This document shows positions 37,146-45,862 of a stretch of DNA of 64,000 nucleotides, piece after piece. The DNA comes from an uncultured Dehalococcoidia bacterium (GTDB lineage Bacteria; Chloroflexota; Dehalococcoidia; Lucifugimonadales; UBA3495). Both the position numbers and the translations under genes were made by a program. Where the stretch lies: positions 398,424 through 462,423 of the forward strand of contig CATQHB010000002.1 of NCBI GenBank assembly GCA_958295765.1, in the 5' to 3' direction. Every line of letters starts with the position of its first letter. Positions within the stretch are counted from its first letter, which is position 1. The notes under the pieces are model-generated. The model had not been told where the DNA came from. It saw only the letters and a list, made by a program, of their open reading frames with translations, and ran no database searches.

Positions 37146-40007
37146 ATGTCCCTGGCACAACAACCCCTGGCAATGCCCGCCCTGGACCAGACTTACATTG
37201 CGCTGGACCTGGAAACTACGGGACTGGACGCCGATCAGGATAAGATAATCCAGGTCGGCGCCGTCAAGTTTCAGGGCGACCGGGTAATTGATACCTTTGA
37301 TACCTTTGTAAATCCCGGCCGGCCCATACCGGACTTTATCCAGCGGTTGACCGGCATCCGCCCCGACCAGGTCAGCCGGGCGCCCTACTTTGCCTCGGTG
37401 GGCCAGGGCCTGGAAACTTTCCTCGAAATGCACCCGATTATCGGGCACAACGTTTCCTTTGACCTGCGCTTTCTGGACACTCACGGCCTGAAACTGGCTA
37501 ATCCCAGCTATGATACCTGGGACTTGGCCTCCTTTCTGCTGCCCGGCAACCCGGAATACAACCTGGTGGCCCTGGCAAAGCAGTTCGGCATCACCCACCG
37601 CAACGCCCATCAAGCCATTGATGACGCCGATGCCACCCGGCAGCTATTCCTGACCCTGCTGCGGCGGGCGGCGGAACTCAGCCCGGCCTTGCTGGCCCAT
37701 ACCCGCAACCTGGCCCTCCGCAGCCGTTGGGGAGTCGCTAACCTGCTGTCCGGCCTGGAAACGGAGAACCTGAGCCGCCGGGAGGAGGGCGACCGTGCCG
37801 TCTTTGGCCTGAACGGTCTGAACCTGAATCACCTGGCCGCCCGGCTGGGCCACCCGGAACGCCGCAGTTACGACAGCAACCTGACTCACCTGGACGAGGA
37901 CAAAATCGCCGCCTTGATGAGTCCCGACGGCCCCTTTGCTGAAACCTTTCCGGGGTTTGAGCAGCGGCCCGAACAGGCCGAGATGCTGAAAGCGGTAGCC
38001 GGGGCCATCTACCAGGGCCGCCACCTGATCGTCGAGGGCGGCACCGGCGTGGGCAAATCGATGGCTTACCTGCTCCCGGCGGCCCTCTTTGCCGCCGCCC
38101 GCGGCCAGCGGGTAGTCATCTCCACCAACACCATCAACCTCCAGGAGCAGTTAATCAACAAGGACATTCCCGCCCTGGTTGAGGTGCTGGAAGGGGCCGG
38201 AGTGGTTAGCCCCGGCCTGATTAAAGCCAGCCAGTTGAAGGGACGCACCAACTACCTGTGCCTGAACCGCTGGAATTACCTGGCCCGCAACGACAACCTG
38301 TCGCCGGATGAGGCCCGGCTGTTGAGCAAAACGGCGGTCTGGCTCCAGGACACCACTTCCGGCGACCGGGGCGAGCTGAACCTGGCCGGGCGGGACGGCT
38401 TTTCCTGGAGCAAGATTTCCGCCGGGGAACGGGGCCGCTGCCCCAACTTTCAGGGCGGCGACCGGCCCTGTTTCCTGCGCAGTTCCCGGGAACGGGCCGA
38501 ACAGGCCCACCTGGTGGTGGTCAATCACGCCCTGCTCCTGTCCGACCTGATGCGGGGCGGCAGCATCATCCCCGATTACCAGCACGTCATTATTGACGAA
38601 GCCCATAACCTGGAGGAGACCGCCACTAATCAGTTCAGCTTTCAGGTGGGGCGTGAACGGTTGGGTGAGGATACCGAATCGCTGACCCGCCTGGCCCGGG
38701 AGGTACGGCTGGCCCTGGCCGGGGAGAATCTGGATTCTCAAGCCCGGCAGAACGGAGAGGGCCGCCTCAACGATGCCGAGGCGTTGCTGCCCCGGATCCG
38801 GGAGAACTGGGAAAGCCTGTGGGCCGCGGCGGAAATTTTCTTTAACGCCCAACGCAGCAAGACCGACGACGTCCGGGTTACCCCCCAATTGCGGAGCCAG
38901 CGCAGTTGGGCCGACCTGACCCTGGCCTGGGAAGGCGTGGATGTGGGACTGAATAACCTCAGCCAACTCCTGGCCCGGCTGGAGGAGTTCCTGGAAACCG
39001 CCACAGTCCCCCAAATCAAGGAACAGCCCGGCCTGGCGTTGGAGGCCAACAACGTCCAGACCCAACTGGACGAACTGCGCGGCTACCTGACCGCTATCCT
39101 GGGCCGGCCCGACGAGGATAACATTCACTGGCTGCACCGGGATACCAAAGACGGGGGGCTGACTCTCCATTCCGCGCCCCTGGCGGTGGGGCCAATCCTG
39201 GCCGAAAAGCTCTACGCCAAAAAGGAAAGCGTCGTTCTGACCAGCGCCACGATGAGCGTCGGGGAAAGTTTTGACTTTGCCCGGCATCGGCTGGGCCTGC
39301 CTGAAGCGAGCGCCGAACTGCGGGTAGGGTCTCCCTTTGATTACCGGAAGGCCGCCCTGCTGCTGACCCCCGAGGATATGCCCGAACCGCAAAGTCCGGG
39401 TTATTTGGATGACATCGCCCGCGTCCTGATTGACCTGGGCGGCAAACTCTCCGGGCGGACGCTGGCCCTGTTCACCGCCTACAGCGCCCTGCGCCACGTG
39501 GAAAGGCGGATCCGGGAGCCGTTGAATAACGCCGGCATCAAGGTGCTGGCCCAGGGCATTGACGGCCCGGCCCAACAGCTTGGGCGCCGCTTTGTCGATA
39601 ACCAGAACAACAACGTCCCCACCGTGCTGCTGGGCACCAGCAGTTTTTGGGAAGGGGTGGACTTCCCCGGCCTGTTGAAGGCGCTGGTCATCACCCGCCT
39701 GCCCTTCCCGGTGCCGACCGACCCGGTATTTGAGGCGCGCTCTGCCCAATACGGGAATAATGCCTTCAACGAATACTCCGTCCCTCTGGCGGTAATCCGA
39801 TTCCGCCAGGGTATGGGCCGGCTAATCCGCAACAAAGAGGACAGCGGGGTAATCGTGGTGCTGGACAAGCGGGTTACCGGGCGGGGTTACGGCAAGACCT
39901 TTATCCAATCCATCCCCGACTGCGCCCGCCAGCCGGTTAACCTGGCGAGTGTGGGCGAGTTGGCGGACTGGTGGGTGAAAGGGGCTAATCGTGGAACTGG
40001 TCGTTGA
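37146..40007 (+). CDS. dinG: DinG-family ATP-dependent helicase with an N-terminal DnaQ-like 3'-5' exonuclease domain
   Basis: Exo I ALDLETTGL, Exo III HQAIDDA, Walker A GTGVGKS, DEAH box IIDEAHNLEE, C-terminal helicase motifs. Confidence 0.88.
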   Translation: MSLAQQPLAMPALDQTYIALDLETTGLDADQDKIIQVGAVKFQGDRVIDTFDTFVNPGRPIPDFIQRLTGIRPDQVSRAPYFASVGQGLETFLEMHPIIGHNVSFDLRFLDTHGLKLANPSYDTWDLASFLLPGNPEYNLVALAKQFGITHRNAHQAIDDADATRQLFLTLLRRAAELSPALLAHTRNLALRSRWGVANLLSGLETENLSRREEGDRAVFGLNGLNLNHLAARLGHPERRSYDSNLTHLDEDKIAALMSPDGPFAETFPGFEQRPEQAEMLKAVAGAIYQGRHLIVEGGTGVGKSMAYLLPAALFAAARGQRVVISTNTINLQEQLINKDIPALVEVLEGAGVVSPGLIKASQLKGRTNYLCLNRWNYLARNDNLSPDEARLLSKTAVWLQDTTSGDRGELNLAGRDGFSWSKISAGERGRCPNFQGGDRPCFLRSSRERAEQAHLVVVNHALLLSDLMRGGSIIPDYQHVIIDEAHNLEETATNQFSFQVGRERLGEDTESLTRLAREVRLALAGENLDSQARQNGEGRLNDAEALLPRIRENWESLWAAAEIFFNAQRSKTDDVRVTPQLRSQRSWADLTLAWEGVDVGLNNLSQLLARLEEFLETATVPQIKEQPGLALEANNVQTQLDELRGYLTAILGRPDEDNIHWLHRDTKDGGLTLHSAPLAVGPILAEKLYAKKESVVLTSATMSVGESFDFARHRLGLPEASAELRVGSPFDYRKAALLLTPEDMPEPQSPGYLDDIARVLIDLGGKLSGRTLALFTAYSALRHVERRIREPLNNAGIKVLAQGIDGPAQQLGRRFVDNQNNNVPTVLLGTSSFWEGVDFPGLLKALVITRLPFPVPTDPVFEARSAQYGNNAFNEYSVPLAVIRFRQGMGRLIRNKEDSGVIVVLDKRVTGRGYGKTFIQSIPDCARQPVNLASVGELADWWVKGANRGTGR

Positions 40008-40902
40008 CCGGCCCATTGACCTCCAAGCCAGTCTGATGGGCGGGCAAGCCCACCGCTGGCGTCAGGAGGAGCCGGGAGAGAATCGGGATGAAACCGGGGA
40101 CAGCCAATGGTTCTCCGGCGTAGTGCGGGGCAACTTTATCCGAATTCGCCAGGCGGCCCCGGCCCGGCTGGAGTTTCACTCGGCCCCCTGGCCCGAAGCC
40201 TCGGTAGTCCCCCTGCTGCAAAGCTACTTCCGGCTGGACGATGACCTGGCGGCGATTCACGCCGAAATCGGCCACGACCGGCGGGTGGCGGACATGGTGG
40301 AACGCTACCCGGGGCTGGGCATCCTGCGCCAGGAACCCTGGGAGTGCCTGGTGGCCTACATCTGTTCCGCCAACTCCAACATCAAGCGCATCCACCAGGT
40401 TATGGAGAATATGGCGGAGAGTTTCGGCAGTCCCATCGAACTGGACGGCCGGCTACGCTATTCCTTTCCGGCGCCGGCCCAGTTGGTGGAGGCCGGCGAG
40501 GCCGAATTGCGCCGGCTGGGGCTGGGGTTCCGCGCCCCCTACGTTGACCGGGCCACCCGGGAGGTAGTGGAGGGTTCCCTGGACTTGAACGCCCTGCTGC
40601 GCCTGCCCTACGCCCCGGCCAAGGAGCGGCTGCTGGAGTGCTACGGCATCGGCAACAAGATTGCCGACTGCATCGCCGTCTTTTCCCTGGACAAGCTGGA
40701 AGCCTTTCCCATTGACGTTTGGGTGCGCCGCGCTCTGGGCGAATGGTACTTCCCCGGCCAGAAAACGCCCCCGGACCGGGAACTACTGGCCTGGGCGCAA
40801 GACTACTTTGGCCGCTACGCCGGCTACGCCCAGCAATACCTGTTTCACGGGCGCCGCCTGGAGCGGAAAGCGGCGGTCAAGGAGGCGGGGGCGGCGGAAT
40901 AA
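39991..40902 (+). CDS. ogg: 8-oxoguanine DNA glycosylase/AP lyase (OGG1-type, HhH-GPD)
   Basis: ICSANSNIKRI and CYGIGNKIADCIAVFSL...PIDVWV. GTG start overlaps the dinG end by 17 nt. Confidence 0.8.
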   Translation: MELVVDRPIDLQASLMGGQAHRWRQEEPGENRDETGDSQWFSGVVRGNFIRIRQAAPARLEFHSAPWPEASVVPLLQSYFRLDDDLAAIHAEIGHDRRVADMVERYPGLGILRQEPWECLVAYICSANSNIKRIHQVMENMAESFGSPIELDGRLRYSFPAPAQLVEAGEAELRRLGLGFRAPYVDRATREVVEGSLDLNALLRLPYAPAKERLLECYGIGNKIADCIAVFSLDKLEAFPIDVWVRRALGEWYFPGQKTPPDRELLAWAQDYFGRYAGYAQQYLFHGRRLERKAAVKEAGAAE

Positions 40903-40923
40903 TCTCCCGTCAGGGCAATTCCA

Positions 40924-41961
40924 TCACGGCCTCAGCAGCAGCTTCCCGAAAAAGTTGGCTTCCTCCATTGTTCGGTGGGCGGCGGCGGCTTCGGACAGGG
41001 GAAATACCTGGTGGATGGCCGGGTGGATGACGCCCCGGTTCAGCATCGCGACAATCTGCCGCATATCCTCCTTGCTGCCCATAAACGTCCCGTAAATCTC
41101 AATCTGCCGGGTGAAAAGCAGGCCCAGGTGCAACTCGGCCCGCAAGCCGGTGGTGGCCCCGCAGATGGTGTAGCGGCCCCCCGGACGCAGGGAGTTAAAG
41201 GCGCCGGTAAAGAAGTCGGCGCCGACGTGGTCCACCAGCACGTCCACCCCGGCGCCGTCGGTCAGGTCTTTCACCCGTTGCGGGAAATCCTCTTCCGTGT
41301 AGTTAATTACTTCGTCGGCGCCCAACTCCCGGGCCAGGGCCGCCTTTTCCGCGGTGCTGGTGGTGGCGATGACCCGCGCCCCCACTACGTTCTTGGCGAC
41401 CTGGATGGCGGCGGTGCCGACGCCGGCCGACGCCGACAGCACCAGAACAGTCTCCCAGGGTTGCAGCTTGGCCCGGCGCACCATCATATTCCACACCGGC
41501 AGGAAGGTGGTGGGAACGGCGGCGGCCTCCTCATAGGAAACGGCGTCCGCAATGGCGTGGGCATTGACGGCGGGGACGGCGATAAACTCGGCATAGCTGC
41601 CATCGGCGGCGCTGCCCATAAATCGGGAGGCCGGGCAAAGGTCGTCCCGCCCGGACATACAGACCGGACACTGATTGCAGCTTACCCGGGGGTTGACCAC
41701 CACCCGGTCGCCGGCGGTCAGCCCGCTCACCCCGGCGCCGACTTCGACCACGTCGCCGGCGCAGTCGCCGCCCAGGATTAGCGGCGGCGGAAACTCCCGG
41801 CGCAAGCCCCGGCCCCCGGCCCGGGTGTAGAGGTCTAAACGGTTCAGCGCGGATGCCCGGACCTGCACCTTTACCTCGCCCGGCCCGGCCGCCGGCTCAG
41901 GCCGCTCCCCGTAAGTGAGAACCTCCGGCCCGCCGTGGGCCTCAATATACACTGCCTTCAT
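40924..41961 (-). CDS. Zinc-type alcohol dehydrogenase / quinone oxidoreductase (MDR family)
   Basis: GGDCAGDVVEVG, CNQCPVC, SASAGVGTAAIQ. Confidence 0.85.
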   Translation of the reverse strand: MKAVYIEAHGGPEVLTYGERPEPAAGPGEVKVQVRASALNRLDLYTRAGGRGLRREFPPPLILGGDCAGDVVEVGAGVSGLTAGDRVVVNPRVSCNQCPVCMSGRDDLCPASRFMGSAADGSYAEFIAVPAVNAHAIADAVSYEEAAAVPTTFLPVWNMMVRRAKLQPWETVLVLSASAGVGTAAIQVAKNVVGARVIATTSTAEKAALARELGADEVINYTEEDFPQRVKDLTDGAGVDVLVDHVGADFFTGAFNSLRPGGRYTICGATTGLRAELHLGLLFTRQIEIYGTFMGSKEDMRQIVAMLNRGVIHPAIHQVFPLSEAAAAHRTMEEANFFGKLLLRP

Positions 41962-42064
41962 AAATCGCCGTCTCCTTAAACTATCGAACCATTAAACCAT
42001 TCGGCACGGACATTGCGGACATCTGGTTGCCGGTTGCGCCGAGCGTACTACTCAAGGCCGCCGC

Positions 42065-42277
42065 TCAGGGCCGCCGGCCTTCGTAACAATCATCGCAGAG
42101 AAACACAATTGCCAGGGCCTCCTCGTGGCTGGAAATACGGCCACACTGGGGAATGTCGCTGTCCTGGCTCCAGGGCTGGTGAAACTTGCCGCCGCACATC
42201 TGGCAGGCGGTCTGGTGAACGCCGTCCAGGGCATCGTTACAGATTACGCAGGATTCCCGGTCTAAATCTTCCACCAT
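42065..42277 (-). CDS. Small Cys-rich (zinc-ribbon-like) protein
   Basis: CVIC..x..CQMCG...CG...CDDC. Located directly downstream of cca on the same strand. Confidence 0.45.
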   Translation of the reverse strand: MVEDLDRESCVICNDALDGVHQTACQMCGGKFHQPWSQDSDIPQCGRISSHEEALAIVFLCDDCYEGRRP

Positions 42278-42315
42278 AGCGGCGCCACCTCCTTGTCATC
42301 CGGGGGTATTCGGGA

Positions 42316-43653
42316 CTACCCTTTGCCTTCCCCTTGCAGTTGTCGCAGTTGTTGCAGTTGCCGCTGAACCCACTGCCGTTCTCCCGCCTCGGTATGCACC
42401 TGGCCGTCCTGCCGGGCGGCGCGCAGTTGGGCCAGCGTCTGCCCCACCGGCGGGCCGGGCGGCACCCCCATTTCCAGCAAGTCCCGCCCATTCAGGAAAG
42501 GGGCAATCTGCCGCAACTCGGCCCGGTAACGGAGCAAGGCCCGGCGCGCCGGCAGGGAACCGGTCAAGCCGGCCACCGCGTAAACCGCCGCCGGCTCCCG
42601 CCGTTCCAGCAAGCTACACAGCCGGGACGGGGGCAAGGACGGGTCGGCGATTTCCCCTTCCAACTCTCTCAATTCTATGGTATCCCGCACCACTTGCGCC
42701 CAGGGCTTGGGCAGATTCAACCGGCGAATTACTCCCGCCCCATCGCCGGCCGATAGGGGATAGGCCAGGGCGGCCAACCAGGTCAAGGGTTTAATGTCGC
42801 CTACTGAACCGGTGTCGGCGCCGGTGTCGGTCTCCGGCGCGATTTGGGGCATTTCCGCCGCCCACCGTTCCAGGCAGTCAGCCCCGGACAGCGCGGGATG
42901 GATGGCCGGCAGGAGGCCCAAACCTACGGCCCGCAGCAGGGCCGGCCCCGGCTGTTCCTCCTTCAGAATTCGCTCCAGTTCGTTCCGCAGGCGGTCGCCG
43001 CTGACCGTGTTCAGGCAGCCTTGCGCCACCGCATTGCCTAGCTGGGTTTCCGTGTCCGGCTCCAACTGAAAGCCGAGCCGTTGTTCGTACCGGACGGCCC
43101 GCAGCAGTCGGGTCGGGTCGTCGGCAAAGCTCGCCGGGTGCAGGGTGCGGATGAGGCCCCGGCGCAGGTCGGCATCCCCGCCGTGAGGAGCCAGCAACCG
43201 GGGCCGCCGGTCAATCAGCGACAAGGCCAGGGCATTGACCGAAAAATCCCGGCGGGCCAGGTCATCAGCTATCGAGCCGGGAGCAACTTTTGGCAGGGCG
43301 CCGGGCCGGGGATAAACCTCCCGGCGGGCGGTAACCAGGTCAATTCGCGCGCCGTCCCGAATAACCGTGGCGGTGCCAAAGCGGGGATGAACGATAACCT
43401 TTCCGCCCAACTCCTCGGCCAGACGCCGCGCCAGCGACAGCGCATCTCCCTCCACCACAAAATCCAGGTCTTTGACCGGCCGGCCCAGGAGCAGGTCGCG
43501 AACCGGCCCCCCTACCAGATACACCGGCAGGGCCAAGTCCAGGGCCAGACGGCGCAGCGCGGTCAGCAAGGGGAGGTTGCCGCTATCGAGGTGATTTTCG
43601 ATAGCTGCCAGGGTGGGCCGGCTGGGTTGAAGTTTATCCGTGGACGGCCTCAT
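42316..43653 (-). CDS. cca: CCA-adding enzyme / poly(A) polymerase family tRNA nucleotidyltransferase
   Basis: YLVGGPVRDLLLGRPVKDLDFVV and RRDFSVNAL. ATG 43653 lies 10 nt downstream of a TATAAT (43669-43664). The track ORF extends to 43761. Confidence 0.85.
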   Translation of the reverse strand: MRPSTDKLQPSRPTLAAIENHLDSGNLPLLTALRRLALDLALPVYLVGGPVRDLLLGRPVKDLDFVVEGDALSLARRLAEELGGKVIVHPRFGTATVIRDGARIDLVTARREVYPRPGALPKVAPGSIADDLARRDFSVNALALSLIDRRPRLLAPHGGDADLRRGLIRTLHPASFADDPTRLLRAVRYEQRLGFQLEPDTETQLGNAVAQGCLNTVSGDRLRNELERILKEEQPGPALLRAVGLGLLPAIHPALSGADCLERWAAEMPQIAPETDTGADTGSVGDIKPLTWLAALAYPLSAGDGAGVIRRLNLPKPWAQVVRDTIELRELEGEIADPSLPPSRLCSLLERREPAAVYAVAGLTGSLPARRALLRYRAELRQIAPFLNGRDLLEMGVPPGPPVGQTLAQLRAARQDGQVHTEAGERQWVQRQLQQLRQLQGEGKG

Positions 43654-43798
43654 TCTGCCCGGTATTATAGCATACCCGGCGGGGATAAACGGCGGGGGAT
43701 AGCGGATAACCCGGGGCAATCGCGTCTTAACCAGGACAGCCCCGGCAACCCCAGCAACCATGGCAACCCAAGGAACCGTGAACCGTCGGAAACTCTAG

Positions 43799-43899
43799 CA
43801 CCGTCGTTCCGGCGAAAGCCGGAATCCAGGAAATCCCCCGGAAAAGAGCGGGCCGGCTATCGAGGATTCTGGATTCCGGCTTTCGCCGGAACGACGGTG
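43799..43899. repeat. Family B element (B5)
   Basis: Full copy between cca and the ASST array. Confidence 0.7.
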
Positions 43900-43954
43900 T
43901 GCGGGGATTAGCGGTAGTTGGATAACCGGCGCCGGCCAGGGGCCATTAACCCGG

Positions 43955-45775
43955 CTAAGGGGTATCGTAAAGTTCGATTGGCGCCCCCGGAGTCAAGTCC
44001 AGCCCTTGCAGACCCGGGTAGTCCGGCGCATACCGATAAGCGCGGTACACCTGATTAGCCGGTACTACTCTACCACTTCTCAGTTCTTCCGTCGGCACCG
44101 GCTCGCCTTGACGCACCGGGCCGTCGTTGGTCGTCGGGTTGACGTACTGCCAAACCGTTTTGCCGGCCGGCGTTACCTCAAAAAGTGTGCCGTTCACCCC
44201 GTCGCAAATCAGCGTGTTGCCGTTGGGCAGCCGTTGCGCCCCGGAGATGTAAGGGGCGTAAAAGTCGCCGGGCGTCGGGGCGGTATAAGTCCATACCGGT
44301 TCTCCCGGCGCATAAGCCAGGCCGGAGTCCAGCCGGTAATTGGCCCCGTCCACCGGCGGAACAATCTCATCTACCGACGAGTAAGTGCGGGGGAGAGCCG
44401 TTGACTCGTCGCCATTGTTGAAAATGAGGATGTTTCCGGCGCCGGGCTGGCCGGGGGGAATCCATTGCGGATTATGCTGCGAGAAAAGTTGCTGGTCAGC
44501 AATCGTCCCGGCCCGATAGGCGAGGGGGTTGCCCCAGCGGTACAGCAAGTCGCCCCCCTGGCCGCTATTGCCGCCGCCGGAGCCGGCCGCCTCGGCTCTG
44601 GTGGTACTGTGGTCGATAATCCACACTTCGCCGAAATTACTAGGCGACAGCACGATCTGGTCCAATTCCGGGCTATAGTCGATTCCGTTGCTGTGTATCC
44701 AGTCCGACGGGTCTGAATAATTGGTTGTCTCGGCAAGGCGGAAGTTAAGGTCAATCAGCTCCGGATGCTCGGCCACCACGCCGTAATTGGCCTTGCCGGG
44801 GTCAAAGTCCTGAATCAGATGATCCCACGCCGACCATTCCCAAACGATTTCGCAGCTTGCCGTCCCGGTAATTCGGGCTTCCACGATATGCGGCGCCAGC
44901 AAGCCATTACCGTCAGGGTCGATGAATTCCGGGTTGGCGCCGGCGGCGATGGCCTCCTCCGGCGTTTTACGTTGCCGGGACAGTAGCAGCACGTTCCCGT
45001 TGGGCATTTTAAGGAAGTCATGATGCGGATTCCCCTGAGTACAGTTCCAAAGGATGTTCCCGTTCCAGTCAATTTCCTGCACATAGCGGCCCTGCTCGGT
45101 ATTGACTAAAGTCAGCAGATTGCCATTCTCCAGCAACTTTGCTAACGCGGCATTGCCCGCCAACTCCCACCGGTGCACCTCCCGCCCCTGATTATCAATC
45201 AGGTAAAACGTCTTGGTGCGGCGTTTATTAAATAAAGTATAGCCCTCAAATGCCTCCGGCTCATTCAGGAACAACCCGACGGTCCTGGTGTCCGGCGTCG
45301 GGGTAACGGTGGGCGCAGGGGTTGGCGTGGTGGTGGGTGTAGGGGCCGGCGTAGCGGTAGGTGTAGGAACCGGCGTAGCGGTAGGTGTAGGAACCGGCGT
45401 AGCGGCAAGTGTAGGAACCGGCGTAGGGGTAGGTGCAGGAACCGGCGTAGGGGTAGGTGCAGGAACCGGCGTAGCGGTAGGTGTAGGTATAAGGGCCGGC
45501 GTAGCGGCAGGTATAGGGGCCGGCGTAGCGGTAGGTACAGGAGTTGGCGTAACAACCGGCGCCGCCGTTGGGCGGGGCGTTGACCTATCGACCGGTTCCG
45601 CGTTGCTGCAAGCCAGTAGTGAAACTACTGCTACGCCAAGCAGGACCGCAACGGCGACAATCCGGCGCAATTTACTGGTTGCGCCGCGTCGGAAAAATCG
45701 GAAAGGGGAGTAAGAAACATCCTTGTGTGCAGCCGTTTCAGCAAATCCATTGCGCCGCGTCAACCTTATCCGCAA
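43955..45775 (-). CDS. Arylsulfotransferase (ASST)-like beta-propeller lipoprotein, paralog 1
   Basis: Signal and lipobox VVSLLAC|S, Pro/Thr linker, then [95 protein letters not shown]. Start codon uncertain. Confidence 0.6.
   Translation of the reverse strand: MRIRLTRRNGFAETAAHKDVSYSPFRFFRRGATSKLRRIVAVAVLLGVAVVSLLACSNAEPVDRSTPRPTAAPVVTPTPVPTATPAPIPAATPALIPTPTATPVPAPTPTPVPAPTPTPVPTLAATPVPTPTATPVPTPTATPAPTPTTTPTPAPTVTPTPDTRTVGLFLNEPEAFEGYTLFNKRRTKTFYLIDNQGREVHRWELAGNAALAKLLENGNLLTLVNTEQGRYVQEIDWNGNILWNCTQGNPHHDFLKMPNGNVLLLSRQRKTPEEAIAAGANPEFIDPDGNGLLAPHIVEARITGTASCEIVWEWSAWDHLIQDFDPGKANYGVVAEHPELIDLNFRLAETTNYSDPSDWIHSNGIDYSPELDQIVLSPSNFGEVWIIDHSTTRAEAAGSGGGNSGQGGDLLYRWGNPLAYRAGTIADQQLFSQHNPQWIPPGQPGAGNILIFNNGDESTALPRTYSSVDEIVPPVDGANYRLDSGLAYAPGEPVWTYTAPTPGDFYAPYISGAQRLPNGNTLICDGVNGTLFEVTPAGKTVWQYVNPTTNDGPVRQGEPVPTEELRSGRVVPANQVYRAYRYAPDYPGLQGLDLTPGAPIELYDTP
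45280..45586 (-). repeat. Pro/Thr/Ala-rich linker built from ~24-bp imperfect tandem repeats (paralog 1)
   Basis: Iterated GGCGTAGCGGTAGGTGTAGGAACC-type units on the plus strand, giving [17 protein letters not shown]... Confidence 0.65.
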
Positions 45776-45862
45776 AGCTCAAACAGCCTCCTCACACCCG
45801 GTATTGGAGCAGGAATTATGGTAATAGTCAGCAACGAACTCGTCAAGGCGGTATTGCCCGGC
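45776..45862 (-). promoter_or_regulatory. Conserved 5' module of ASST paralog 1 (putative promoter plus RBS)
   Basis: Minus strand reads TTGACG (45846-45841), 17 nt, TACCAT (45823-45818), ... GAGGAGG (45793-45787). It is near-identical upstream of all five paralogs. Confidence 0.35.

Noticed and set aside
38151-39749. 532-aa minus ORF antisense to dinG
   Set aside because: A shadow ORF. The plus frame has exonuclease and DEAH helicase motifs.
45680-45700. Programmed -1 frameshift at the GATTTTTCC run, linking the out-of-frame ATG to the lipoprotein frame
   Set aside because: The T5 run is not a canonical X_XXY_YYZ slippery heptamer and no downstream stimulatory structure was evident. Non-ATG initiation is the simpler explanation, and the question is left open in the findings.
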